64,000 nt of DNA from the human T2T-CHM13v2.0 reference genome, Homo sapiens. The notes beneath the pieces are model-generated. The model was given only the letters and a program-made list of their open reading frames with translations, did no database searches and was not told where the DNA came from. Shown in pieces: positions 28,601 through 45,386 of the stretch. Both the position numbers and the translations under genes were made by a program. The first letter of the stretch is position 1. Every line of letters begins with the position of its first letter. The stretch lies in NCBI RefSeq assembly GCF_009914755.1, contig NC_060936.1; one strand, given 5' to 3'.

Positions 28601-30110
28601 TATTTTTTCTAATAATTACTTTGCGTGGGATTTAACCTCTGTCTTTTTCTCATACTCTTATTTATATAAAATTCATTTCCCAGAAATTTTAGAAAAAAGC
28701 TGTGCTCGAGTCAAGATAGGTTTTCTAAATTCACAAAGCTCCCTCTTCTGTGCTTTTGTATAGTGTTAAAAAAAACAGCAGTTTGCTTTCTGAGGTCTCC
28801 TGGCTGTTAATGTTTTCTAATTTCATCTAGATATTTTTTTCCCTATTTGCTTCCATTCTGCTCAATTTTACTTCCATTCCAGGAGTTTATCTTTAGTTTG
28901 AGGTCCTCTCCTGGAAGGGATTCCTACCTAGCCAGTTTTGAGAATTTATAAAAGGTAGCCTTTTCAGTTCTCTTGGGATCTTACTGTAGTTCACTTGTAC
29001 TCATCCATGATTAGGGAGGGGAAAATCACTCCTAGTTTTAGCTGTTGTTCTCAAATTGGTCTGCCAAGCTTTCTGATTAATGCTTGTGGTTATTTGGGGT
29101 TCTCCTCATGTTCTCCATTAATGTTTGGCTTTACTATCTATTTGTTTTCTTTTAGTGTGAAGATTCAGGAAGATTGAAACAACATGCTGTTGTCTTCTGA
29201 TCCTCCCAGAATCTTTTACTAACCTTTCCTTTTAATTATATTTTTTTGGGGGTGGGGGAGAAAATTTGGTGTCTTGAGATAAAGTTTACTTGTAATAGAA
29301 TTCACCAATGTTATGTTTCTTGAGTAATCTGAAATGCTGTTTCGCTGTTGAGTTAGTTTGTATATTGCTTTTGAGAAGTTGGAAGCTAATTTGGTATCTA
29401 TTAATTTTAAATGACCACATCTTTTTGTCTGGAGTTCCAGATGTTTTAAAAAATTAAACTCAGTGTTTTAATAATTCTACTAGGTTTGTCCTAGTGCTAG
29501 CCATTTGGGGTCAAAATTTTCAAGGTACACCGTAGGTTTCTTCAATATATAAATTTAATTCTTTCCTATTTCTAGAAAGTTTTCTTGCATTATAGTTTTA
29601 AAATTTTATTCTGGTTTACTGTCTTGTTTTTCTTCTTTGAAGCCTCCATTACACACACATTGGGTCTTCCTTTATTATCTTCTACGTATCACTTTCTCTC
29701 TAATATCTTTTACCTAATTCTTTATTTTATTTTCATTTTCTTGGTTGTTTTCCCATCTCAATTTTATGTGATATATTAAAAAAATCTATTTTCACTTGAG
29801 TGCTTTCTAATCTAGTCTTCATTTCTGAGAAGACTGTCCTTTTTTTCGCTTTTCTTTCCCCAAGTTCAGCCGATTCTCATCTTATGTCATTTTCAGTTTT
29901 GCCAATTTCTATTACAAGTTTTAAATTTCTGGCTGAAGGGTACCTTTCTCCTACAAATGCTACTTTAATGATATTTAATTCATGTTGGAGCATTGTGTTA
30001 CATACAGTTTTCCTCTGCTTCCTGGTTGATATTTCGGAAGGGTTTTTTTTTTTTAATGAGATGTTTTTATGTTCACTTTCCATTTTCTTCTTATATTAGC
30101 TTTGCTTGGA
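25635..30110 (-). mobile_element. Degenerate L1M (MC/ME-age) fragments with nested insertions
   Basis: Long T-rich antisense L1-like sequence (tctatttctccaaaagctctgttcttc, agaccataatctgggcatta, attcttcagggatgcctattat); boundaries approximate. Confidence 0.55.
26908..27318 (+). mobile_element. ERVL-class solo LTR (LTR47/LTR53/MER54-like; subfamily uncertain)
   Basis: TG...CA-bounded ~410 bp GC-richer block in AT-rich L1; ggagagttcaaaccatgcaagccc, caataaaa. Confidence 0.5.
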
Positions 30111-30375
30111 TGTCTCCTGATATTTTCCATTTACATTAAAATGCCTTGGAATTTTTCCACAGAAGCAACCACAGACGTTTATATAAAGGTGTGAGAGGAG
30201 ATAAGTCTCTTTTCTTTTCTACAGTGCAGTATACTTTCTTGAATAAATGATCTCTCTTTGGGGAGAGGAAGGGTCCTGGTTTTCTGATTGTGTCTTCTAT
30301 TACTTCAGTAGAAATTTTATTTTAAACTACTTCCTTCCTGCTTTCCCTTTACTCCCAAGCCACTCTAAAGGACAC

Positions 30376-31108
30376 TACATCGGTCAGGGTCCAGTCAGAA
30401 AACTAAAGAATGCAACAGTGATTAGAAATGGAAAGCCTAATATAAAGAATTCTTAACTAGTAATAGTTGAAGATTTAAAAAGATTAAACAGGACTCTCAG
30501 AGATCGAAAAGTAGTATGTTCAAAAAAAAACCCAGCTACTACTTCTGGGCTGAGGGAAAGTGGCAGCAAAGAAACAAAGAACTTGGAAAAGCACCTTCAT
30601 CCTCACAAGCCTGAGATTTAGACTTTTGTAAAGAGGAACATACAGCCTACCTATAATGACAAAGCTTGCTGGAAGGCCTGGGTCAAGTGGCGATCTAGTT
30701 GCCTGCTATAGCTGGAGCTGCTGTGGCTCATGGAAGCCACCAACAATCAGCTGCCAGGCAGGTAGAACATGTTAAAGGCGCAGCTGGAGTTTCCAAGGAA
30801 GGAGCCCATTGCCTGTGTCACAAGTGGCCACTAGGTGGGGACAGAGTAGCCTGAGGGCACAGCCAGAGCTGGTTCATGAGGGCCACTAGGCTGCAATGAC
30901 GAATAAAAAATGGCAGGCTAGAACCTGGAAGAGAAGTGTGTTCATGTGGTGATCACCTTGAAGTGTAATGTCAGCACCCTCTGTTGATAAAGCCTTGTGT
31001 GCCAGCTGGCAAAGGAGAAACGTCTATAGGGTCTGGCTTCAGTATTACAAAGCTGCATAGGAAAGGGTGGATTCAGAGCTGGGAGACAATAAGCTGATAA
31101 GTGGTACA
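30376..31108 (-). mobile_element. ERVL LTR (LTR33/LTR41-like)
   Basis: ggtcagggtccagtcagaaaa start; gtgccagctggcaaaggagaaa ... gggtggattcagagctgggagacaataagctgataagtggtaca end. Confidence 0.6.
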
Positions 31109-31447
31109 GAGTCCTTCCTTTCCAGGTTGTCTTCTTCTCACCCAGAAACAGTGCCTTCCCAATGCTGCCACATTTGAAGCTATATCCTCTCAAGCACCCT
31201 TTTTTTCAATTCCCAGTTGTCGGTAGTCTTATTTACTGTCTCAGATATTTTCTCAGTATTTCTCAACTCAGGATGGGATCCTCTCTGGAGGTAAATTTGT
31301 ATGTATGATGCCATCTCAAAAACATTGTACTCTCCCTTTCTTATTGTAACCCCTGACTCTGCTCTGGCATGAACTACAGTTGTGGCTCTGCTGGTTTCAG
31401 ATGTGTATTTTCCCACTTATCTGAAAAATAAAGTTTGTACCTTTCTT

Positions 31448-33722
<2,275 letters not shown>

Positions 33723-33954
33723 ATAATCTGTCTCCTAGTTATGCTACTGTGGGCACAGGTTTTAGCTGTATTTGTTCCACTTGTCTATTTGGTTTTGGAG
33801 GGTGTATGAGAAATTTAGATTCAGGCAACTGCCATTATCTTATGGAAATGTAGAAGTTCTCTTTTTAAATCAACTTAAGCATTTCTTTTTTCTTTCTTTA
33901 CTGGGCCCCAAGTAAAAATATCCCTAAATAAAAGATTTAATGTGTTAGATATAT

Positions 33955-35420
<1,466 letters not shown>

Positions 35421-36287
35421 TCTGAGGCTCCTGGGGGCTTTGCAGTTCTACCTGCAGTTGCTAGTGGCTCGTGAGTCATGAACAAAGGCCCACCAACCAG
35501 ATTAGACTGTCCATTGGACTGGGGGAAGGGGAAGCACCCCATCCCGTGTTCTAGAAAACTGTGTCCTTGATTTTGCTGGGCAAATAGAAAGTGTCATTAC
35601 TTATATGATGCCTTGGGGGAGTGGAAAGAGTTCACAGCAGCCCCTAGCTCAGGCCACTCCAGGCCCCACCTGGCCCTACAGCACAGCTAGCAGGTCGACG
35701 CAGGGCCATGCCATAGCCCTGTGTCCACACACGATCCTCTCAGAGCAGCGTGCTGGCCCGTCCCTGCTGAGGCTCATTACCCTGATTTCAAGTTTCCTTC
35801 TGCTGCAGGGAAGCCTGGTCCAGTCTGCAAAGAGTCTGTCTCCCTTCCTAGATTAAGCTCCTTAAAAAAGGAACTAGGCTTTCTTTGTCTCCCTGTCCCC
35901 AGTAGCTCGCCAATGCCCAGTATACACTAGGGGCGCAGTCGCTGTTTGTCTTGTTTTCTTGTGGACTCTTCTCTAAGGACATGTCACTTTCCTCTCTTGA
36001 CTTCCATATTTAGATCTGTGAATAAGAGTAAGTAGGTAAAGACACCTCTGGCTTTAAAACTCCTCCAGTATAGAGAGAACTCTGAAGCCAGAACCGGAAG
36101 CTGAGGAGTGGTGAATAGAGCGTTTTCCCCGGCATGATGAGAGGACCTATAGATCTGGCTGTTAGGGTGGTATCCTGCCAGTTGAATGCCTCTGCAGAAT
36201 TTGACCCTAGTTTTCAAATCAGACTCAAGAATAATCTTTAGTGTTGGTGACTTTGTGTTGTTTTTGTGGTTGTTGTTTCTTTTGTTA

Positions 36288-36422
<135 letters not shown>

Positions 36423-37099
36423 CTACTCCTCTACAGAGGTTTCTTCAGACACTGTAGCGTGACTGGCCATGTCATTTGTCACAGGTGTAAAAACAGTGAC
36501 AACCGAGAGCCTGAAGCTGCTGGGATGAGTGCCCAACGCAGAATCCTGTTCCCTGGCAGGCATATTTACACTGCGCTCCAGTGCTTGGGCCTGCTCCTTC
36601 CAAGAAGACAGGATGCCAGGATGGCCGGGACTCCGCTCGCTGGGACGCCATGGTCTTTGTGAGCAGCAGGCCTGAAGTGGTGAAAGCCATCATGAAGGTG
36701 AGGGTCAAGTGCTGAACGGTCACTTTAGAAAGGCAGCGGCCTGGCCTTCTGTGACAAGCAGAGTGAATCGGCCTCCATCTCACCCTTGGTGCCACTATCT
36801 TGTTGCCACTTCCCTTGAGAGCACTGTGAGCTCTTCCTCAGGATCCACTTTTCAGCTTCCCTTCACCCCATTTTCACTGGGTGGTGGTGGCAGCCTCTCT
36901 GGCCTTGCCAGGGACTGGGTGCAGGGAGGGGCAGCCAAGGGCGTGAGGCAGGTGGGCAGCCTGTGTAGGTGCCTCTTGCCCTTTCCACCCAGACAAGAAA
37001 TCCACTCTAGTCAGTAAGTGTCTCTTCATCCTATGGGTGTTAATAGCCTGGGTGAGAGGTTTGGCTCCAGCACTTGGCAGGCAGTAGTAACACTTACAC

Positions 37100-37265
37100 A
37101 GCACTTGCTATGTCTGAGAGGTGCTCTAAGTGCTTCACACATTAGTTAATTTAATCCTCACAACTCTGACATTAGCACTATTATTATCTCCATTTCACAG
37201 ATAAGGTAAATGAAGCACAGAGAATGTAAGCAAGTTGCCCAAAGTCATGTAGTTAATAAGTGGCT
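37100..37265 (-). mobile_element. MIR
   Basis: tttaatcctcacaactct...ctattattatctccatttcacagataaggtaaatgaagcacagaga. Confidence 0.75.
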
Positions 37266-37349
37266 AAACTAATCTGTTGTTCTCTCTCTAATGGTAAGCA
37301 CTCAATAAGGATTTTTTGAGTGAATGAATGTCCTAAATCCATTATGCAG

Positions 37350-37727
37350 TGTTTTAGTCAATTTTGTGCTGTCATAACAAAATTACCCAAGACTGGGTAA
37401 TCTATGAAGAACTAAAATGGATTCCTCACATTCTGGAGGCTGAGAGTCCAGGGTGAAGGCACTGGCAGGCGAGGGCCTGATCTCTGTTTCCAAGATGGCA
37501 CCTGCTGTTGTGTCCTCTGGAGGGAGGAGCGCTGTGTCCTCACACAGCAGGAGGTCAAGCTCCCTGAATGCTTCATGAAACCACTTATAAAAGAACCTTA
37601 ATCCCATTCACCAGGGAGAAGCCCTCTTGGCCTAATCACTTCTTAAAGTCCTTACCTCTTAATACCATCACAATGGCCATTAAGTTTTAATGCCTAAAGT
37701 TTGGAGGGGACACATTCAAACCACAAT
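37350..37727 (-). mobile_element. MaLR solo LTR (MST-like)
   Basis: tgtgctgtcataacaaaattacccaagactgggtaat ... tttccaagatggcacc ... ggacacattcaaaccaca. Confidence 0.85.
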
Positions 37728-38962
37728 GTATGATTAAGCAGAAAAGGTCAGTCAGAGTTTAGGGCCACTGTATGGTGTTTTGGAATGATAGGACACCTTA
37801 CAGAATAGTCTACCTCTCTGAAGTGTTAGGATATGTTTGTTTCATAAAGGAATATCAAACATCCCACCTCCAACAGCTATTAAAGCAATACTCTATTTAA
37901 AAAGAAATACATGCAGTGTGCTGTTTATTTGAATCTTTGCCTGCAGATGGGCATTAACTCACCACTAGACAGAAATGAACATTCTTCTCTCTACTGGACT
38001 GCATTCCTTGCTGAAACAATATCAGACACTCCAGTGAGAGATTTATGTGGACCCTGAATGGGTTAGGAGCTCCAGGCACAATCCTGAGGCACCCTTATAG
38101 ACAGATGATCACTTTTCTTTTTCCTTTCTCCCTTAGGCAAATATTAACTCAGCTGGCTCTTAGAATTTATTTGTGCTTAAGATAAATTAACAAGAACCAA
38201 AGAGCCTTTCTCAGGTGTTTGTACCAGGCTAGAGTGCCCTGAAGACAGCAATCCATTTCAATTCCAATATCACTGCCTTTCAGGCCACATGCTGGGAGCC
38301 CACAGAGTTTGCCACGGTACTCGGGCCAAGTACCTTGCAGGCTTCTGGAGCTGGGAGCCCCTCACACTTTGAGGCTTTAATATAGATTTCTCTGCCTGCT
38401 CACCTGTATATAATTGTGAGGGGCATTAGAGCAAGAAAGAATAATGTGACCTTCAGGGGCTGTGAAAACAATTGTGTCCTCTATGAATTTGTAGGTTGAG
38501 TGATGAGGCAAATTAGGGCTTTAGCTTTTTCTTCAGGGTGAAGCACCTGAGACCTTGAGTTACCTTGATAATATTTCATCATTATTTCCTATTACTCAGT
38601 AAGAGCTCTGTCCTGCCCCTTCTTAATTAAAGAATTCAGAAGTCCTTGAAATAAAATTATGTTTGGGACTCTCATCTCCTGCCCCAGTTCTGCTCCTCTC
38701 CCATCTCAGTGTAGATAAGGATCAAAGACAAATCCTAGTCTGACCAAAAGCCAAATAAGAGAATATATGTCACATCTGTTTAATGAGTATTTATTGAGCA
38801 CCTACTAGATATTTGGAGAATTTTGGTAGAGCCCTATTGCTTCAGGCCAGGTCCTTGGGACAGTAGGCAAAGCCAGGCAAACCTGGATTTTATTTCTGAT
38901 CCAGCTGTGTGACCTGGCTAAATTAATTTCCCAGTTGCTTCATCAGCAGATATGAGATTATA

Positions 38963-39580
38963 ATTTTTTTATCATTTTAATTGACACAAAATAATTGAGC
39001 ATATCTATGGGGTACAGAGTGATATTTTAATACATGTATTCAATGTGTAATGATCAAATCAAGGTCCTTAGCATATCCATCACCTCAAATATTTATTATT
39101 TTGTTGTGTTGGGAACATTCAGAATCCTCTTTGAAAATATACAATATTTGAAAATATACAATAATATACAATAAGTAGACAATAAATAATCATTAACTGT
39201 AGTCACCTACCCTGCTTTAGAACACTGGAATTCACTCTTCCCATCTTTCTAGCTGTAATTTGTATCCGTTAACTCTCTTTTCCCTATGACCCTTGCCCCT
39301 CTACCCTTCCCAGCCTCTAGTAGCCTCTATTTTACTCTCTACTTCTATGAGAGTAACTTTTTAAATTTTCCCATATATGAAAGAGGACATGTGGCATTTG
39401 TGTTTCTGTTCCTGACTTTTTTCACTTAACGTAATGTCCTCCAGGCTCATCCATGCTGCCATGAATGACAAGATTTCATTCTTTTTTTTTTTTATGGCTG
39501 TATAGTATTGTGTTGCGTCTATATACCACATTTTCTTTATCCATTCATCTGCTAATGAACATTTAGGTTGATTCCAGATT
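38963..39580 (-). mobile_element. L1MA 3' end (ORF2 tail plus 3'UTR)
   Basis: Antisense translation WNQPKCSLADEWIKKMWYI..ILSFMAAWMSLEDITLSE; 3'UTR gtgtaatgatcaaatcaagg. Confidence 0.85.
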
Positions 39581-39924
39581 ATAATGTTTATACTGTGAAT
39601 CATACATACTTTATGTACAATGTGTAGCATAGACAATTCCTCATAATAGAAGCTCAACAAATGTTGGTACTATACCATTCCCTTTCCTGCTCTCCTTTTC
39701 TCACTCCTCCCCAGGTACAGAGATAACAGAGGTAACTAAAATACAATCCTTGTTCTTGAGGGGCCAATCTAGTGGGGAAATACATTTGTAAGGAGAGATA
39801 CTCCAATGAAATTTGGTGTCTCCAGAGAAGAATGCACAACCTGCCATGAGAAACCAGAGGAGGAAGCAGCTGATATTCTAATAAAATTAAAGCTGGAGAC
39901 ATTTTAAAAGTAGTATAGCTCAGC

Positions 39925-40045
39925 TTCCTCTTTTACAGATGAGAGAATCCAGGTCCAGATAAGTCATGTGACTTATTCAAGGTCATGGCACATTTGTGGC
40001 AGAGCTGGGTATAAAGCTCAGAACTCGATTTCCAGCTTCTTGCTT
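39925..40045 (-). mobile_element. MIR
   Basis: ttttacagatgagagaatccagg...gtgacttattcaaggtcatggca...gtggcagagctggg. Confidence 0.7.
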
Positions 40046-41608
40046 TGTCACACAGAATATGCAACAGGGATTGAAACAGGAAGGAATAAAGATTTTGCAT
40101 CAAACAGGACACAAAGCTGGAATGAGAGTAGCTGCATCTAGATGCTGGAAGAGAGTCCTGGAGCTGCAGAAATCCAGGGATGGCCTGGTGCAGGCAGAGC
40201 CTTGTGTCTGCTCTGTAATTGGGAGCTTGAGTCCAGTTCATGCTCTGACAGTCCCCATACCCTTTCAGAAAGTAGGTTTTCTGTCCCAGAAGCCAAGCTT
40301 AAGAGGGAGTTCTGCAGGACAATTCATTGTAAGGAAGGACTTGGCTGAGGGAGAGAGCTAGGAGGAGGAACAAGTATGTCCTTGATGTTGGAAACCACCA
40401 GGAAAGGCATCGAGGACTTTGCCCATGCCAGGGAGCTTGCAGTGTGAGATAAAACTGTGTTTGAATCTGAGGCGGGAGCATCATTTTCCTGTGATCCAAA
40501 TTAAAGCTTTGGAGGATGCTGCTTTTTAGCAAATGTCTGGGAATTATCCAAGCCTAAGGAATTGTCTTCAGAGATCCTTACCAGGAACCTAAAGAAGCTC
40601 TCCCTCTCCCTCCTGCAACAGGAGAGCCCAGGGAGCTCTTGAGGCCAGAGGGTAGGAGGGGAGGCAGAAGTCTCTGTGGGTGTCTTCACAAGGGTGCAGG
40701 TGGCTTTCAGATTAGCCACAGAAATATACTGGTAGGTATATATATTTATGGGTTACATGGGATATTTTGATACAGGAATGCTATGTGTAATAATCACATC
40801 AGGGAAAATGGGGTGCCCATCACCTCAAGGATTTATCATTTGTTTAAGCCAGCATCTACTTTACAATTCCTCATCTCCCAAGGCTACATAATTACAGTGA
40901 GAACTTTAAGAAATCCACGTTTACGTGTGTTCTTTTGGCTTAAATCCCCTTCCTCAGCAAAAAGGCAAAGAGGGCACAGCTGTTTGCCTTCAGCACTCTC
41001 CTCTCTATATCCAACCACATTTAGGGCAGCTTTCCATGGCTTTTAAAATTCCTTTCTCTTTTCGGTCTGCTCCTTTATATCCTCATTGCCGTATAGAAAT
41101 AAATATGAGGCAGAGTCCTATGCTTTTACAATTCCAAGGAAACCTACAGAGCGAGGCTGTGGAAACTGATTTTCCACTTTACCGGGGCATTATCCAACAT
41201 GTTGGGTGCAAACGGGCACCTTTTAGCCTTTTCTTAAATTTGCATGACCTGTAATGTCTATACAGATTATGAATGAGCCTGAGGAGTCTGCATGTCTAAC
41301 TTGTCATCAGCCTGGAAAAATCAAAATGTGTAGGTAAAGTGAGCACAAGATTTGGAAAAGCAAGGTGTTTGGATGTAAGAGAATAAACTCTTAGCCCTTT
41401 TGAGCATGAGTTCCTCAGCTGCAGAACAGGATTGAGAATCCTCACCTGAATTGGCCACTCTGAAAGTGAAAGCTAGCTAGATAAAAGTGCTTTGAAAAGG
41501 TAAAGAAAGGTGATGATTTAAAGCTGGTTAATGCTGAATTATGGAGGAGCTCTTTGGAAATTCTTTTTTATCTATATAAATGACAGAAATTTAGTGTGAT
41601 CCATGTGG

Positions 41609-41843
41609 CTAGCACCTGTCACATGTCGTCTGCTGGCATTGATGCCTCACATCTTCCTCAATTTTCTGCTTCTTTTTCTCAATTAAAGCCGTCTGTCCAC
41701 TCTTCAGCCTCTGAATCCTCCAAGCAATTCTTTCCTCTAGTCTTAGTGGATTTCCCAGGGGAGGAGCTCGTGCAATCCAGCAGAATGTGTCTACGAGCGC
41801 TCTGACTCTTCCAGGGAACGATTCCTCATTCCCAAATCTGTTG
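41609..41843 (-). CDS. Coding exon 2 of putative 138-aa protein ([10 protein letters not shown]...QQTTCDRC*)
   Basis: Acceptor ctcttgcttatctctag|C; 235 nt; 182+235=417 nt = 138 codons plus stop, in frame. Confidence 0.5.
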
Positions 41844-43779
41844 CTAGAGATAAGCAAGAGATTATACATTCCTGAGACCTGGGCATTACTTGAGTATCTA
41901 GGGGAAAATCAAGAATACTAAGGGGAAAAGGAGAGAAGGACAAGAGCAGCACATTTTATTTGCATCAGGCAAAATTGGGAAGTTGCAGAGAAAATGTTGC
42001 CCTTTGACTGCATGGAGGAAGACGGAACATCAATATGAAAATGGCGCTAAAGAGGCATGGGCTTTTCATGGTGTTTTCTTACTTCAGCTGCTATTGTTCA
42101 AAGAAGGTCAGTGGATCTCAGACATTTGAAGGTGGCACCTCTCCCATGAGAGTAAGAGCCCAGCTGACATAGGCCACTGGCTACATGGACCACTACTGGG
42201 GGCTCTTAACATCACAGCACCTGTTTCCTCATCTGGAAAACAAGGGGCTGTAACTACATCTGTGGCTTCCAACTCTCCCCTACTGGGAAGAGAGAGCTTC
42301 GTCAAACCTCAACCCTCTCCCCCTAGCTCCTGTATCTTTTCTCTAGTTATTTTGTCTCTGTCATCTTAGTCTCCTCGGTGCTCTCTGCTACCTGACTGCA
42401 GCAGGATGACTTGTCCCACCCATCTGTCCCATGGAGCCAGTCCTGAGCCTAGATTGAGTGGGTCCTCACCTCCATTGTGTGATATAGGCTGTATGTGTGT
42501 GTGCATGTGTGTGTTGGGGGAGGCTGAAATGACTTCTTTCCCTAAATGTCTCTCCCATGCCAAAAGTTTTTCCATTGATTATTTATTTTTATCTCTTTAT
42601 AAGACAATTTTTTAAAATATCAGAAACAGCAGGAGCAATCATATGGGTCTAATCAGTCATTGACGCTTTCGAGTCTATAAATCTTTCCTTGTAGCAGGTT
42701 CTGAGGAAGGTAGGGGGAGATTGAAGGAAAACAACCCCTTCATATTTTAGTCCAAAGCTGTTGTTCATAGGTTATTCATCTGGTGGCCCAGGTGCTGACA
42801 CAGTGACGTGCTTTCATGCCAGTTCCACAGCCAAATTGCAACCATGTGGAAGCTGGAAGCGTCTTGTCATCTCAGAATTGGGCACATCCAGTGGGGTAAA
42901 ATCTGAAGCCAGAGGGGCAGAACTAAGCTCACAGCATCTGTTTACTGAGTTTGGGATTAGAAGAATTTTGATTTAAATGTGCACTATCAGTAGTTGCTTG
43001 ATGAAAACAATACCCAGCATTTTGTGTTTTTACTGTCCCTAAGGCAACTCTGGTCCAATGAAAGTGAGAGTCTAAAAATCCCAGGATTATAGGTAATAGG
43101 ACCTACCCTTCCATATCTGTGCAGTTTATATGAGTAGAACATGATTTTAATTTTCTATTGCCCTCATCCTTGCTCTTATATCCAAATACCCAGTAGCATG
43201 ATCAGGAGCAAGGGAACTAATTTTCAAATATTAGCAAAGTTATTCAAGGGAATGGACTTTCTGTGGCTGCAGTTGGCACGTCTTTTTCAGAAAGCTTGCC
43301 CGTGGCTGACAGCCTGCTTGGCACAGTTCCTCCGGAGTCCTTTGGTGATGGAGAACAGGGCTGACAGGATTCAAATGGCCAGATTCCACAGAGGCCAAGG
43401 AGGGCCACAGTCTGCAAACCAGGGGAGATTGAGGCCTGAGAAGGGCATCAGCTGATGGAAATATTCACTCTAGGAAAACGAGGTGTAGCCAAAGAGAGTC
43501 ATTTAGGAGAAGCAGATTGAAAGCAGCTGTGAAAAATCCTGAAATGAGGATATGGAATAGTGCTGGCCACCTCCGCATATGCCCACATGGAAACACACTT
43601 AATCAGCAGAGCTGGGCCTATGTGGAGATGCTGAGCCGGAGGCTCCTAGGTGTTAAGCACTTTTCTATGTGTAATGTGGTGGAAACCACCCTAGAGTTTT
43701 CAGCACACCCAAAGCAATAGAATTTTAACTGGGAGGGAATTATCCAGCCAGGGACTAGTTTCTGGCTTCTTTTGGAACT

Positions 43780-44130
43780 CAGTGTGGTTGTATGGCTAAG
43801 CTCTCACCAACAGAATGTGAGTGGAAGTGATGTGAGCCACTCTCAGACCTGACCATGAAACTTGGCTCATAGGCTCCTCCATACCACCCCACCTCCGCCC
43901 CACCTTCCTGCTTGGCTGGAATACCAACCTTGCAGTAACCTTGTGAGCAACGTGCTGAAAATAATAGAACTAGCATCTCCTGGGTTCCTTGAAGGATGCT
44001 TGGAGTAGAAGGCCCACCACCTGGCCTGTTCTAGACTATTTACATGAAAGAGAAAAAACCTTTTACTCTTCTCAAGGCATTGCATTTTGGGTCTTCCGAT
44101 TGGCACAGTTTAGACCATGTTAACTAGTAT
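43780..44130 (+). mobile_element. Old MLT1J-like LTR
   Basis: ccaacagaatgtgagtggaagtgatgtgagccact...; catctcctgggttccttgaaggatgcttggag; ends gttaactagtata. Confidence 0.65.
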
Positions 44131-44628
44131 ATACAATAACTGGGCAAAGTAGGTGATGTCATCATTTTATAGGCTAAGAACCTGCAGCTCTGGGAATTTA
44201 AGAGATTTATTTATTTACCCAATATCAGGATACGAATGTGGAGTCATTATTTGAACTGAAGTCTGTCAGTTTAAACATTTATCTCCCAGAAGTTCAGACC
44301 TCCAGAGCAAACAGGTAGCAATAGATGACTTGAATGAGAGAGGGATCTCTGATTTGGCTACCATGTCCACTAACCCAAGCCCAAACTCATACCACCTCTT
44401 TCCACAGCTCCAGCTGCTGCACTGCTGAACTTGATCTTCATGCTGGAAGAATATGACAGCTGGAATGGGTCCTAATAATCACCCAGCTCAGTGGTTTTCA
44501 AATTTCATTTGGCAGAAGAAACACTTCTAATGAAATCTGAAACTCAGAAGCCCTGTGTGTAAAACAGTCCAAAGCAGACCTTGTCTCTTTGAAGTGTGGG
44601 CCTGGAACCTGGCCTGTTTCCCACTCAC

Positions 44629-44810
44629 CTCCACAGCCTCTGAGTCCCTCCAAGCAGGTCAGAGAACAACTGATCTGGGTCAGCCCTTCGTTTCAGAGGT
44701 AAGTAAATAGTGGAGCATGAAGTGTCTTCATCAGGAACACACAGAAGGTAAAAGGCAGGGTGGGAACAGGAACCCAGCCTTCTGGCTTTTGAATTTAGGA
44801 ATCTTTCCAT
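44629..44810 (-). CDS. Coding exon 1 of putative 138-aa protein ([13 protein letters not shown]...GTQRLW)
   Basis: ATG at 44810 in strong Kozak context (acaATGG); 182 nt to a consensus donor AG|GTGAGT, phase 2; translation unproven. Confidence 0.5.
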
Positions 44811-44818
44811 TGTACTGG

Positions 44819-45292
44819 TGTATTAGAGTTCTGTAGAGAAACAGAACCAATAGGAGATTAGATAGATATAACACAATGAATATACCATAATTATACAAAT
44901 AATAAAGGATTGGCTCACATGAATTTGGAGGCTGAGAAGTTCCATGATATGCCATCCGCAAGCTGGAGGCCCAGGAAAGCTGGTGCCTCCAGTCCAAACC
45001 CAAAGGCTTGAGAATCAGGAGTTCTGATGTCCAAGATCAGGAGAAAGATGAATATCCCAGCTCACGCAGCCAACAAATTTGCCCTTCCTCTTCCTTTTAG
45101 TTCTATTCAAGTCTGCAATGGATTGAATGAGGCCCACCCACATTGGTGAGGATGATCTCTTTACTAAGCACATTGATTCAAATGCTAATCTCTTTTGGAA
45201 ACACCCTCACAGCCACACCTAGAAATAATGTTTTACCAGGTACCTGGGCTTCCCTTAGCCCAGTCAAGTTGACACAAAAGATTAACCATCAC
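44819..45292 (-). mobile_element. MLT2-family (ERVL) solo LTR
   Basis: Antisense termini tgtattagagttctgtagagaaacagaaccaatagg ... gacacaaaagattaaccatcaca; ggattgaatgaggcccacccacattggtgagg. Confidence 0.85.
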
Positions 45293-45386
45293 AACTGGAT
45301 TTCCTCTTTTGAGATACCAGCCCTTGAACCAGCTGCAGATTCAAGATGCCCAGCAAAGGCAGAATAGCAGAAGGGTCAGAGTTACT

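Noticed and set aside
27822-30099. Several Phe/Leu-rich membrane-like ORFs
   Set aside because: Artefacts of T-rich antisense L1 relics.
43141-43455. 104-aa plus-strand ORF
   Set aside because: Antisense and intronic to the spliced unit; no homology or splice support that I can see.
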